From sequence record NC_023610.1: a stretch of 64,000 nucleotides of DNA; one strand, 5' to 3'. Below, piece by piece: positions 17,864 through 26,119 of the stretch (the first letter of the stretch is position 1; every line of letters begins with the position of its first letter). The notes under the pieces were generated by a model. The model had not been told where the DNA came from, ran no database searches, and saw nothing but the letters and a program-made list of their open reading frames with translations. The position numbers and the translations under genes were made by a program.

Positions 17864-18683
17864 TGGTAACCAACTCCTTGCGTTGTTTGCCGTTCACCGT
17901 GATGTCACCATTGACCCGTTGACGCGCTGAACCGAAGGTGTTAAGTAGACTACGGCAACCAGGACTGGAACCGAAGGGGTCAGGGATATCCAACGTTACC
18001 GCCTTCACCCCACCGTCAAGTTTATCAAGCGAGCGCTTTAGACGCGCACTTGGTTCGTTGGGTCTAATCTCGTTCAGGTACTGACATTGAACGTCCCGGT
18101 CAATGGGGTCCAGTGGCAAGTCGACGTCACGCAACCAGTTAGGTAAAGAGTCAATCTCAATGTTCAGTGCATCGGGGTGACCCTGACGACTTTTCACAAC
18201 GCCGTACGAGACAACCTGCCCGTCAATCATACGCGGCGAGATACTGATTTCGACGTCGGCTTCTTTACGACCCAAGCCTAACTCGTCAAATTCTTTATTC
18301 CAGTCTGTCGGGGTCGGTGCCCGCATCGTAAGAACCTTGAAGCCCGCCGGTTCATTGGCCATCCGTGCTTTAATGCGGTCAAAGAGTTCCTGACCATGGC
18401 GATGTTTAGCGGAGATGTCAGGGTAGTCTGGCATCCGTTCGGCCATCTCAGCCATCATGCGAATCTTCTCTTCACTAAGATGCGGCGCAATCATTTTCAA
18501 GAATTGGGCGAAGTTAGGAATTTGACCGTTGGGGAACAATGCTGCGTTGGCGGAGACCTTACTGCCATCGAGAGCCCGCTCTAGCGCCGCTTCCATTGCG
18601 TCGGGCGAGTAGCTTACCCCATTGCGATTAGGAACGTTGAGTGAACCAATATTCAACGATACGCCTTTATCTTTCTTTTCCAT
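17808..18683 (-). CDS. Hypothetical protein with basic C-terminal tag (B)
   Basis: 291 aa, TAATG coupling to upstream gene; ends ELVTNAKGTMVFPRAKQKFGRR. Confidence 0.7.
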   Translation of the reverse strand: MEKKDKGVSLNIGSLNVPNRNGVSYSPDAMEAALERALDGSKVSANAALFPNGQIPNFAQFLKMIAPHLSEEKIRMMAEMAERMPDYPDISAKHRHGQELFDRIKARMANEPAGFKVLTMRAPTPTDWNKEFDELGLGRKEADVEISISPRMIDGQVVSYGVVKSRQGHPDALNIEIDSLPNWLRDVDLPLDPIDRDVQCQYLNEIRPNEPSARLKRSLDKLDGGVKAVTLDIPDPFGSSPGCRSLLNTFGSARQRVNGDITVNGKQRKELVTNAKGTMVFPRAKQKFGRR

Positions 18684-19039
18684 TATCTTCTTCCTCTGCG
18701 TTGTTTGGGTGCAGGCCAGGCCATAGTCCCGGCGTTGTTCATCATCAGTTCGCGACGGCCATCACTACGTAAACGCTTACCTTCTACCGGCGAACCTAGT
18801 TCAGCAATACAGTCTAAGTTCTCGACCTTACTGCGTAAACCCCGGGCATATTCCTCAGTATTGGGGAAGAGCCCTTGACTGTGACGCATTTCCCTGAGCA
18901 ACGCCCCACCAATACTCCCCATCCCAGCCCCAAGAACGACCACCTTCCGTTCCTTAGGGTCAATAACGAATGGGCCTTTCTCCCCGTTTTTAATCGCATC
19001 TTTTAACGGGTCGAGCCAATTCTCTTCTTCGTCCATCAT
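18683..19039 (-). CDS. Hypothetical protein with basic C-terminal tag (A)
   Basis: GGAGG RBS; ends ELMMNNAGTMAWPAPKQRRGRR. Confidence 0.7.
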   Translation of the reverse strand: MMDEEENWLDPLKDAIKNGEKGPFVIDPKERKVVVLGAGMGSIGGALLREMRHSQGLFPNTEEYARGLRSKVENLDCIAELGSPVEGKRLRSDGRRELMMNNAGTMAWPAPKQRRGRR

Positions 19040-19113
19040 TCCTCCAATGAAAATAAAAAAGACAGCCGAGGCAGAGTAGCCCGAAGGCCACCCTACCTAC
19101 GACCATTCTTCAC

Positions 19114-19548
19114 TTAGCGCGCGGCCCAGGTACGCTCAACACGACCACGGTTGCGCATGACACGGTCTTCTTGCTCCAGGTCCACGACGCGACGGCGACG
19201 AGAGACATCGGCAAAGACTTCCGTTGCCACTTCAGGGTCCAGTCGATATTGGTCGACTAAACCGGTAACGGCTTCCAGCTCTGGGTTAGTGTTATCCGCT
19301 AACGCGTTCGTCCGGTGGTCGTCAATTCTTGAGGTGATTTCTTCAAGGTCGTGACGGTCCAGAAAACGTTGAGCCTGGCGATGGATTTGAATATCCCTTA
19401 CGTTGCCGGGGACAGATGGTTCGTTGAAAGTTTCGATAACCGCTTTGACGTCATCAACTGGTACACCTTCGTAGGCCGAAATCATGTCATCGGTGAACCC
19501 ACGTTCATGTGCAGTTAGGACGCGCTCAGTAATGCTGTTCATTGACAT
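19114..19548 (-). CDS. Hypothetical protein with HTH-like N-terminus
   Basis: AAGGAG RBS; preceded by a long AT-rich intergenic region. Confidence 0.7.
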   Translation of the reverse strand: MSMNSITERVLTAHERGFTDDMISAYEGVPVDDVKAVIETFNEPSVPGNVRDIQIHRQAQRFLDRHDLEEITSRIDDHRTNALADNTNPELEAVTGLVDQYRLDPEVATEVFADVSRRRRVVDLEQEDRVMRNRGRVERTWAAR

Positions 19549-19824
19549 TGTCGAGACTCCTTAATACAGTGATTGAGTTCATATCCGTATTGGGTGCAGG
19601 TGAATAGAGTTTTAGCTTCCACTTAACTACATAAGTCCAATCGACTCCGTAAAAAATGACTTTAAGGAGTGCAGTGTACGTTTCCCACGGATATGGTGAT
19701 AAATAACAACGGTGGTGACAGTGTCAAACATCCCGTGTTAATCATGGTGGTCTTTCCTTTTGTTCGTAACGAATTGAATTAGTAACGTCGCCCGTGTGTC
19801 CGGGCGTCCGTTTAAAACGTTTTA

Positions 19825-20247
19825 CTACGACAGGGCTATACCGCCAATTGTCACGTCAGTAAACAACTGACGCTTATCGTCCGGGTAGTGTGCCTCCAAG
19901 ACGGGGCCGAGATACCCGAACAGTGCACAAAGGGTCTTTGCGTGGAACGCTATCTGGTAGCGCTCGTGCAGTTTGTAGCCCAGAATGCTACACCCTTCTT
20001 GCAACTTATACTGCCCGCGATAACACTGACACCAGGTTACCGCAGTGGTAATCCAGTTAGTATTATCAATAGACAGAATGGGATTACCGAGGAGCGGTTT
20101 CAAGACTCGCGCGGCAATGACGAGGTCAGGGGAGATAACCCCACCGACCCGTTCAGTAACCAGAGCCAACGGCTCTGGAAGTAATACTGACAACGGCATC
20201 AGGAAGTCGTCAAGTTGGTCATCACTCGACTGAGGTTTAAGAATCAT
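19825..20247 (-). CDS. Hypothetical protein
   Basis: 140 aa; ATGA overlap with upstream small ORF. Confidence 0.6.
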   Translation of the reverse strand: MILKPQSSDDQLDDFLMPLSVLLPEPLALVTERVGGVISPDLVIAARVLKPLLGNPILSIDNTNWITTAVTWCQCYRGQYKLQEGCSILGYKLHERYQIAFHAKTLCALFGYLGPVLEAHYPDDKRQLFTDVTIGGIALS

Positions 20248-20414
20248 GCAGCCCTCGGCTTTTCGTCTGAGAGGGTAATGTGGTACACCGAAGGTTGTTC
20301 GGGTAGTCTAACCATTACCGGCCCCTGGTCGGTCGGGAAACATGCCCAGGGTTTGTTTAAAATCGTCCCCGTCAAGAACGGCTTCTTCAGAAGCTTCGGG
20401 TCTGCGTTACTCAT
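20244..20414 (-). CDS. Small hypothetical protein (56 aa, not in supplied track)
   Basis: GAAGGA RBS, ATG at 20414 (MSNADPKLLKKPF...), TGA overlaps the next ATG; fills the gap exactly. Confidence 0.6.
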   Translation of the reverse strand: MSNADPKLLKKPFLTGTILNKPWACFPTDQGPVMVRLPEQPSVYHITLSDEKPRAA

Positions 20415-20415
20415 C

Positions 20416-20991
20416 TTATTTTCCTTCGGTCAGTTGACTTATCATGATTTCCCTGATAACCCGACGAACCACCTTGAGGAATTCTAAAAACACCTCTTGG
20501 TCGAGCAGTGGGTTTTCAACGATTGTTTGGTATCCCCCGTCAGTGAACGTGCCAACGAGAGTGCCGAGTGTTCCGTAATCACCGGGAACAAAGACGGCAA
20601 AACCATCTCCACCATCTGGCGTAACGTAATAGACGGCGATGTACACCGCGCCCGCCGTAAACACACGAACAATTGTCGCGTTTAATGATGTCAGGTAGTC
20701 TGGACGTATATCTACCTTCCCCTGAAACTCACTTAGGTTCTTCTTCAGAATGTCGCGAGCAGTGAACGGGGAGATGAGCGCATGGCGAAGGTCATCTCGC
20801 CACGGGCTTACCCAGTTCAGGATTCCGGACAACAACGTGTGCGAGTTGCGACCACGATGACCGCAATGCCTGCAACGTATCCGGAACTCACCTTGTTTGT
20901 ACGAACCCAGGATTTGCAAGTTGGTCGAATTGCAGTCCGGGCACGGCGTTAAGGTGAATTGACTAGGCGCTACTTTACGTCGAATTAACAT
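20416..20991 (-). CDS. Protein with Lar-like (restriction alleviation) zinc-ribbon N-terminus
   Basis: LTPCPDCN...IRCRHCGHRG...GILNW resembles the Lar pattern LKPCPFCG...C..CG..G...A...WN; downstream of a TATATTAC promoter. Confidence 0.55.
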   Translation of the reverse strand: MLIRRKVAPSQFTLTPCPDCNSTNLQILGSYKQGEFRIRCRHCGHRGRNSHTLLSGILNWVSPWRDDLRHALISPFTARDILKKNLSEFQGKVDIRPDYLTSLNATIVRVFTAGAVYIAVYYVTPDGGDGFAVFVPGDYGTLGTLVGTFTDGGYQTIVENPLLDQEVFLEFLKVVRRVIREIMISQLTEGK

Positions 20992-21027
20992 GTTGTACCT
21001 GCTCCTATTAACTTAGCAGTCACTACG

Positions 21028-21044
21028 GTAATATAGTTCTTAAA
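21028..21044 (-). promoter_or_regulatory. phiKZ-type early promoter motif
   Basis: Minus strand TTTAAGAACTATATTAC upstream of 20991. Confidence 0.6.
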
Positions 21045-21092
21045 ATTGTTACGGGAGCCTCCGTGCCCCCGAACCACCGTAGTGTTACATGC

Positions 21093-21263
21093 TTAGATTT
21101 TGCAGGCACCACCCTCGCATTCATCGTCGCCAGGTTTGTACTCAACTTCCGGCGGACGGTCAGCTACTGCATCTGCATGGGCAGCCGCTTGCTCCAGGAC
21201 CTCGTCCGGGAGGTTAAACTCACCGTCAAACAAATCGTCATCTTTTTTGGCAGGTGTAGACAT
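21093..21263 (-). CDS. 56-aa acidic mini-protein ending in an NrdA-like redox tail (DECEGGACKI); not in supplied track
   Basis: Hand translation: MSTPAKKDDDLFDGEFNLPDEVLEQAAAHADAVADRPPEVEYKPGDDECEGGACKI*. Fills an otherwise empty intergenic gap. Confidence 0.75.
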   Translation of the reverse strand: MSTPAKKDDDLFDGEFNLPDEVLEQAAAHADAVADRPPEVEYKPGDDECEGGACKI

Positions 21264-21329
21264 AAGCCTTTTCTCTTCTGTGGTTATTCATCTAATAACA
21301 GGTCGGCGTAAAAAAGGAATGAAATTTAA

Positions 21330-21842
21330 TCAACGTGCCTCACCTTTCGGTGAGCGGATAATCTCAAACCCTGATTTATCAACGAACTGCGTGTATAGCG
21401 GGGATGCCGTTCCCATCACCAGATTTCGCTGGCTGCGCAGGTGACTGTCCCCGACAATGAGCGCGACGCGGCCTTTCGGGGCGTACTCGTTCAATGTTCT
21501 TACCATCTGGTGCTCACGGATGTTGAAACTGTATCGACAATCCAGGTAGCGACCGTCTGGCCACTTCTTATCCCGCTCGTAGGTCTTGTCATCCCAGTTG
21601 TCAATCCCAATAACCGGTATCCCCAACTCGATGCCCAACTTAAACGAACGGTCACTGATACTGTACATCTGCCCTTTGATGGCTTGCTGTAAGGCTAACT
21701 TGCTCAGGTAGCGATACGGACCCGCCTCTTCGGTCAGAAGGTACTTAAACGGAGCTTCACGGTGAGCTTCCCGTATCAACCGTTCAATACGGTCGCGGTC
21801 ATCTCGAGTGTGCATTTCCCCGTACAGAATGTGGTTTGACAT
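21330..21842 (-). CDS. TraB/GumN/Tiki (EreA/ChaN)-superfamily-like protein
   Basis: LYGEMH, REHQM and LIVGDSHL motifs; GGAG RBS before ATG 21842. Confidence 0.5.
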   Translation of the reverse strand: MSNHILYGEMHTRDDRDRIERLIREAHREAPFKYLLTEEAGPYRYLSKLALQQAIKGQMYSISDRSFKLGIELGIPVIGIDNWDDKTYERDKKWPDGRYLDCRYSFNIREHQMVRTLNEYAPKGRVALIVGDSHLRSQRNLVMGTASPLYTQFVDKSGFEIIRSPKGEAR

Positions 21843-21974
21843 GGCAAACTCCAGCGTAGTGAATGAGTACATATGGAACAGCTTAACCGTACCTTTTAAC
21901 GAAGCGTTAGTTAGTCGAGTTTGTGGTGATTTCGCCACCTAGTTGTGAGTAACCGCAACTAAAGGAAGCTAGAG

Positions 21975-22349
21975 ATGCCCCAGTACTCATTACCAAATCC
22001 ATCTATCACCTTCCTTTACGATAAGGAAATGGTGCGCCTCAACGACACCTACGCCACACCGGAAATGATTGTACCAGCCGACTTCGAGTCAGATGGTAAC
22101 AGCGCTCCTTGGTTTGCACGGGTCGTCTTCCCACGCTTTGGCCGTGACCTGCCTGCGTGTATTGTGCATGACTATTGCTACGGTGGCGCAATGCCGCGCA
22201 AGCAAGCGGACAAACTGCTCAAAAAGAACATGAAGCGCTTAGGCTTCAAATGGTGGAAGTACCAGGTGATGTACTGGTCGGTTCGCATCGGCGGCCACTC
22301 CCACTATCAGCGTCGCCAAGTCGAGACCGGAAGAATGGCGGCCGTTTGA
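21975..22349 (+). CDS. DUF1353-like protein
   Basis: F.SDG.S.PWF, IVHDYCY, R..AD..L...M...G, MY..VRIGG motifs. Confidence 0.75.
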   Translation: MPQYSLPNPSITFLYDKEMVRLNDTYATPEMIVPADFESDGNSAPWFARVVFPRFGRDLPACIVHDYCYGGAMPRKQADKLLKKNMKRLGFKWWKYQVMYWSVRIGGHSHYQRRQVETGRMAAV

Positions 22350-22351
22350 CC

Positions 22352-22384
22352 AAAAAAAAGAGGGGGCGTCAGCTCCCTCTTTTA
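22352..22384. terminator. Bidirectional terminator between convergent genes
   Basis: AAAAAAAAGAGGGGGC-GTCA-GCTCCCTCTTTT. Confidence 0.7.
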
Positions 22385-22390
22385 TGTTCC

Positions 22391-22621
22391 CTATTCGAGA
22401 ACCCGGTCAAGGGCGTACTCGAAGGCATCGCTGATGGTACGGTTCATCCCGTCAATGCGGGACATGTTGGTTATGAACGCTTCGGTAGTTTGCTTACCGT
22501 CTACCGTATCGAGGACATTGCGTTCGAATGCTTTCGATACCCCGATAGAGGCATCCTGGAGTTCCCGCACGGTTAACTTCGCGTAGTTCACCCCATCGTA
22601 ATACAACTCGGTCCCACTCAT
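22391..22621 (-). CDS. Small hypothetical protein
   Basis: 76 aa, ATGA-coupled to the upstream ORF. Confidence 0.55.
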   Translation of the reverse strand: MSGTELYYDGVNYAKLTVRELQDASIGVSKAFERNVLDTVDGKQTTEAFITNMSRIDGMNRTISDAFEYALDRVLE

Positions 22622-22827
22622 GATTGCGCCCTCCGAAAAGCATCCTTTGCTCGGCTACTACGACCGACCGGGTCACAGTCCTCTTCCCCGACCATCTCTT
22701 CAACCCCCGCGTCCCGGTTTTCTTGCTCAGCATAACGCTGTGCCTTCTGGGTCTTCATTCGCTCGAAGTCTTCGCGGATTTTAACTTCATCTAAATTGTC
22801 AACAATGCTTTTTGCGAATCCTAACAT
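22618..22827 (-). CDS. Small hypothetical protein
   Basis: 69 aa, GGAG RBS, downstream of a promoter motif. Confidence 0.6.
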   Translation of the reverse strand: MLGFAKSIVDNLDEVKIREDFERMKTQKAQRYAEQENRDAGVEEMVGEEDCDPVGRSSRAKDAFRRAQS

Positions 22828-22886
22828 GATTCAATCTCCGTAGTTTAATCAATAAGTTAAGGGGTTTAGTACCCTATGTCACCAAG

Positions 22887-22903
22887 AGAATATATACCTG
22901 AAA
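22887..22903 (-). promoter_or_regulatory. Early promoter motif variant
   Basis: Minus strand TTTCAGGTATATATTCT. Confidence 0.5.
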
Positions 22904-22912
22904 CCCAGTTAG

Positions 22913-22943
22913 ACAGCATACACGGGAGGGCGAACCCTCCCGT
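22913..22943 (-). repeat. 31-bp hairpin repeat, copy 1 (identical to 46747-46777)
   Basis: ACAGCATACACGGGAGGGCGAACCCTCCCGT at both loci. Confidence 0.85.
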
Positions 22944-22948
22944 GACTT

Positions 22949-23260
22949 TTATGCTTTCTTGCTACGGTCCAGATAGGCTTTGATGCCCCAACACTTGTTG
23001 CGTGCCTTCATGAACGCGCCACGGATACCGTCAGCATCGGTGTACATCGAGTCATTACGCGGGCGGGCATCGTCAGTTTCGGAATGACCGTTGTCCAACG
23101 TTAAGGTGCAGCTGATTAACGTGGTGCCTGGCCAACGGAAGAACGCAGCCTGCTTAATCAACGTGTCCACATCGAAGTGAATCAGGTCAGGGTAAGCAGC
23201 AAAGACGTGTTCTACGTTTACTGGGGTACCGTCGAGAGGGATGTTCATCTTCTTTTCCAT
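22949..23260 (-). CDS. Phage N4 Gp49/Sf6 gp66-like protein
   Basis: PGTTLISCTLTLDNG.S....R......D..G...A...A.NK.W.I.AYL matches the family pattern T.C.L.L.NG..V.G.S.......FD..IG...A...A..K.W.LEGYL. Confidence 0.55.
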   Translation of the reverse strand: MEKKMNIPLDGTPVNVEHVFAAYPDLIHFDVDTLIKQAAFFRWPGTTLISCTLTLDNGHSETDDARPRNDSMYTDADGIRGAFMKARNKCWGIKAYLDRSKKA

Positions 23261-23778
23261 TACAGGTTGCTCACGGAGATGGTGGGTGACTTAACATAGA
23301 AGAGACGGAGTTGATATTGGTCTACCCCTACTCGCATGTTCGGGTCATGTGGCGTATATCGCAGGTTCACTGCGGCGTTACCCCGCTGACTTCCGTTCAC
23401 GCGAATCATCCCATGAACCCCAGGTACTTCGACTTCGACTTCCTGTTTCTTCAGGAAATTGTCATCTAAGAGAACCGCCATATCGTGGGGCGGAACCCAG
23501 TGCTGACCGTTGTTAAACAACACCCCAACCAACTTTGCATGGGTGACCACATACCCATCGTCTACGTAATGCGATAACCGGTAGATGCGGTCAGGCGCTA
23601 GATTCACGCAGTGGTTACCTTCAACCGCGACCTGCTTTAACGGTTCAATTTCGGCACTGTAATTTTCGCTAGCAAGGCGGGCAATTCTTTGAGCCTTTTC
23701 GTAATCGGACTCCAGTCCAGACGAGATAATAGATTGTACAGATTGGAGGAACTGAGTTGCGCGTGCACTTGCTGACAT
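23260..23778 (-). CDS. Hypothetical protein
   Basis: 172 aa, TAATG-coupled to the next gene. Confidence 0.65.
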   Translation of the reverse strand: MSASARATQFLQSVQSIISSGLESDYEKAQRIARLASENYSAEIEPLKQVAVEGNHCVNLAPDRIYRLSHYVDDGYVVTHAKLVGVLFNNGQHWVPPHDMAVLLDDNFLKKQEVEVEVPGVHGMIRVNGSQRGNAAVNLRYTPHDPNMRVGVDQYQLRLFYVKSPTISVSNL

Positions 23779-23948
23779 ACGTTATCCTTTTCGATAGGAA
23801 TCTTTAACCGGGTTGACCAGGGACGAATGGAGTTGCAGTTGCTGCACTCGTAAGAGATTTGGTCTACCATCCCCCAGTGGACTTTTTTGATATTCGCCGA
23901 GCGGCAACCACAACACCGGTAGCGAATCTTTCCACCTTTACTGAGCAT
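23637..23948 (-). CDS. Possible small zinc-ribbon protein (CGC...CSNC)
   Basis: GGAG RBS, start overlaps upstream stop; but its 3' part overlaps the next gene by ~140 nt. Confidence 0.35.
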   Translation of the reverse strand: MLSKGGKIRYRCCGCRSANIKKVHWGMVDQISYECSNCNSIRPWSTRLKIPIEKDNVCQQVHAQLSSSNLYNLLSRLDWSPITKRLKELPALLAKITVPKLNR

Positions 23949-24663
23949 TGGATACTCCGCGCAACTCAAATGAAATTAACGCCCCAACGTAATCACCGGA
24001 GAAGGAGGTGTCCTCCAGGTTTAGGGCAATGTTCCCCGTTTCCTGATTCAATTCCCCACGGATGGAGTATTTCAGTTCACGGTCGTAGTAGTGAAGGAGC
24101 AGGTTACGATGGTTCCCTTCCGCTGGCCGCAGGAAGCCATTGTACGGGCTATCGCTCGTGGACAAGTAACGTTGCCCCAGTTTCGGGTGTAGCGTCTCAT
24201 CGTGACGTAAGACGCCCTCCAACCGCGGACTTTCTATCAAGTAGTCGCCCGACTCACCACCTAATAGAATCCCCAGTACGTTGAATGCGTCACCGAAGGT
24301 CACGAAGACTGTTTTACGCTCGAGGTTGGTCAAAGATGGGGATACCTGATGAGGGTTAACTTTCTCTGCGCCAGGGGTGATGGTCTCAGCACTCAACAGA
24401 ACCTGTTTGCCCGCAGTAACGGTGGCAGCCCAACCCTGTCCGCGCGCTTCATCGACAATGTCCTGTAACATCTCTTCGGTAATGTCAGTTTTACGCAACG
24501 TTTGGATACTTTCAGCCTGCGTTTTGTTCAGCGCGCTACTAACGCTTTCTCTTGCAATGATGATACGTAAGACGTCATTGCTGCTAATCAGGTACATCGG
24601 GTCGTTCTTGCTACGCTCACCTAAGTCCGGGAACGGAGCGCCAAAGTTTAAAGCCTTAGTCAT
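23938..24663 (-). CDS. Hypothetical protein
   Basis: ~241 aa; GAGG RBS before ATG 24663. Confidence 0.65.
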   Translation of the reverse strand: MTKALNFGAPFPDLGERSKNDPMYLISSNDVLRIIIARESVSSALNKTQAESIQTLRKTDITEEMLQDIVDEARGQGWAATVTAGKQVLLSAETITPGAEKVNPHQVSPSLTNLERKTVFVTFGDAFNVLGILLGGESGDYLIESPRLEGVLRHDETLHPKLGQRYLSTSDSPYNGFLRPAEGNHRNLLLHYYDRELKYSIRGELNQETGNIALNLEDTSFSGDYVGALISFELRGVSNAQ

Positions 24664-24753
24664 TTCACAAAACCTCATTTAGATTATTAAAACCGAAAAC
24701 GGAAATAATCGGCAGATGGGAGTTACTACATAGCCCTTCCGGGGTCGTAAGAA

Positions 24754-25245
24754 TTAACCCGCAGTAGTCGGGGCGTCCATTACGTTACAACCTAACTGCC
24801 TCTGAATGTTCCAGAGAGAGTTCATGTAAACACCCAGCCAAATTGGCCAGTCGTCGTGTTCGTAGATAGAGCAGAAGTCTACCTTAAAGGTGCGCATGTT
24901 TACCCAGTGCCCGTGCGCCGCTAGGGACAGCTCACTTGCTTCTTCCGTCTCGATATCGGAACTGCCGATTTCCAGGATGGTCCACTGATGGGTATCGGTA
25001 AACGGGTTTTCTGGGTTAGCGTTCCACGGCGAGATGACCACAAAGAACGACGGGATAAGTGCACTGGTAACCTTGAAGTAACGGGCCGGGTTCCATGCTT
25101 TCAGTCCTTCAAGGTCGAATTGCTCACCCTCTTTCAGATGAGGCATCACGTTCCGTTCCCAGATATACTCGTCTACGTCTATCAGTGGGGCGAAGAAATC
25201 TTCCCGTGAGTATTCCTGAATCGTTAAGTCCAACTGCTTTTCCAT
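24754..25245 (-). CDS. Hypothetical acidic protein
   Basis: 163 aa; AAGGAG RBS. Confidence 0.7.
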   Translation of the reverse strand: MEKQLDLTIQEYSREDFFAPLIDVDEYIWERNVMPHLKEGEQFDLEGLKAWNPARYFKVTSALIPSFFVVISPWNANPENPFTDTHQWTILEIGSSDIETEEASELSLAAHGHWVNMRTFKVDFCSIYEHDDWPIWLGVYMNSLWNIQRQLGCNVMDAPTTAG

Positions 25246-25262
25246 TATAACTCCTTGAAAAT

Positions 25263-25296
25263 AAAAGAATAAAGGAAGGGACCGAAGTCCCTTCCT
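25263..25296 (-). terminator. cUUCGg terminator after phoH
   Basis: Minus AGGAAGGGAC-TTCG-GTCCCTTCCT-TTATTCTTTT. Confidence 0.8.
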
Positions 25297-25299
25297 GGT

Positions 25300-26085
25300 T
25301 TAGTCGTGCTCGTAGGCGTTCAACACTTCCTGACAGAGCTCAGAGCGCACGCAGTCATCCTTCGTGAACTCTACAACCCCAATGCGGGACGTGGTACTGA
25401 AACGCTGTAGCGCGTCGGAAAGTCCACTTTGGACCCCTCTCGGTAAATCACACTGAGCCACGTCTCCGTTAACAATCACGGTCACGTTCTCACCCAGACG
25501 TGTCAGGAACATTTTCATCTGTGCCTTGGTTACGTTCTGGGCTTCGTCCAGGATAACTACCGCGTTCTCAAACGTGCGGCCACGCATATACGCGAAGGGA
25601 GCAATTTCCACCTTCTTCACATCCGGGCGCAAGCAGTACTGAAGGAACGTACCACCAAGGCGTTTCTCCAGGATGTCTTGAACCGGGCGGAAATACGGGG
25701 CGAATTTCTCGCTGATGTCCCCAGGCAAGAAGCCCAGGTTCTCACCGGACTCTAAGACAGGACGCGTCACGATGATGCGCTCCACCTCTTTATCCAGCAA
25801 TGCTTTGGCCGCGTGCGCAGTTGACAGGAATGTTTTACCACAACCGGCTTCACCCGTTGCAAAGATTAATTGCTTCGTGTTCAGCTGCTCGAGGTAAAGT
25901 ACCTGGTTTTCATTGCGCGCTTCGATGGGTGTATTATCCCGTTTCACTTTGGGTGTCAGGTCGTCTGACACTTCAGTACCGGGAAATTGAACTACGGTAT
26001 CATCACCGTAGCCTGAGTTAGCTCGTGCTCCCTTTCCGCGTTTGGACTTACGAGAACCGCGTTCAGCCTGTCTAGCTCTACTCAT
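25300..26085 (-). CDS. phoH: PhoH-family ATPase
   Basis: GEAGCGKT Walker A, RPVLES..LGFLPG, PFAYMRGRTF, ILDEAQN, GD..QCD, VRS motifs. Confidence 0.95.
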   Translation of the reverse strand: MSRARQAERGSRKSKRGKGARANSGYGDDTVVQFPGTEVSDDLTPKVKRDNTPIEARNENQVLYLEQLNTKQLIFATGEAGCGKTFLSTAHAAKALLDKEVERIIVTRPVLESGENLGFLPGDISEKFAPYFRPVQDILEKRLGGTFLQYCLRPDVKKVEIAPFAYMRGRTFENAVVILDEAQNVTKAQMKMFLTRLGENVTVIVNGDVAQCDLPRGVQSGLSDALQRFSTTSRIGVVEFTKDDCVRSELCQEVLNAYEHD

Positions 26086-26119
26086 GGGTTACACCTTTTC
26101 ATGAGAACCGGGGAAGAGG

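Noticed and set aside
19549-19824. Short ORFs (27 and 34 aa) or an ncRNA in the long intergenic region
   Set aside because: Two alternative tiny minus-strand ORFs exist but neither has recognisable features; no convincing conserved structure visible without comparative data.
21093-21330. nrdA pseudogene or frameshifted remnant
   Set aside because: No RNR barrel sequence upstream in any supplied frame. The ORF has its own ATG and is flanked by unrelated intact genes.
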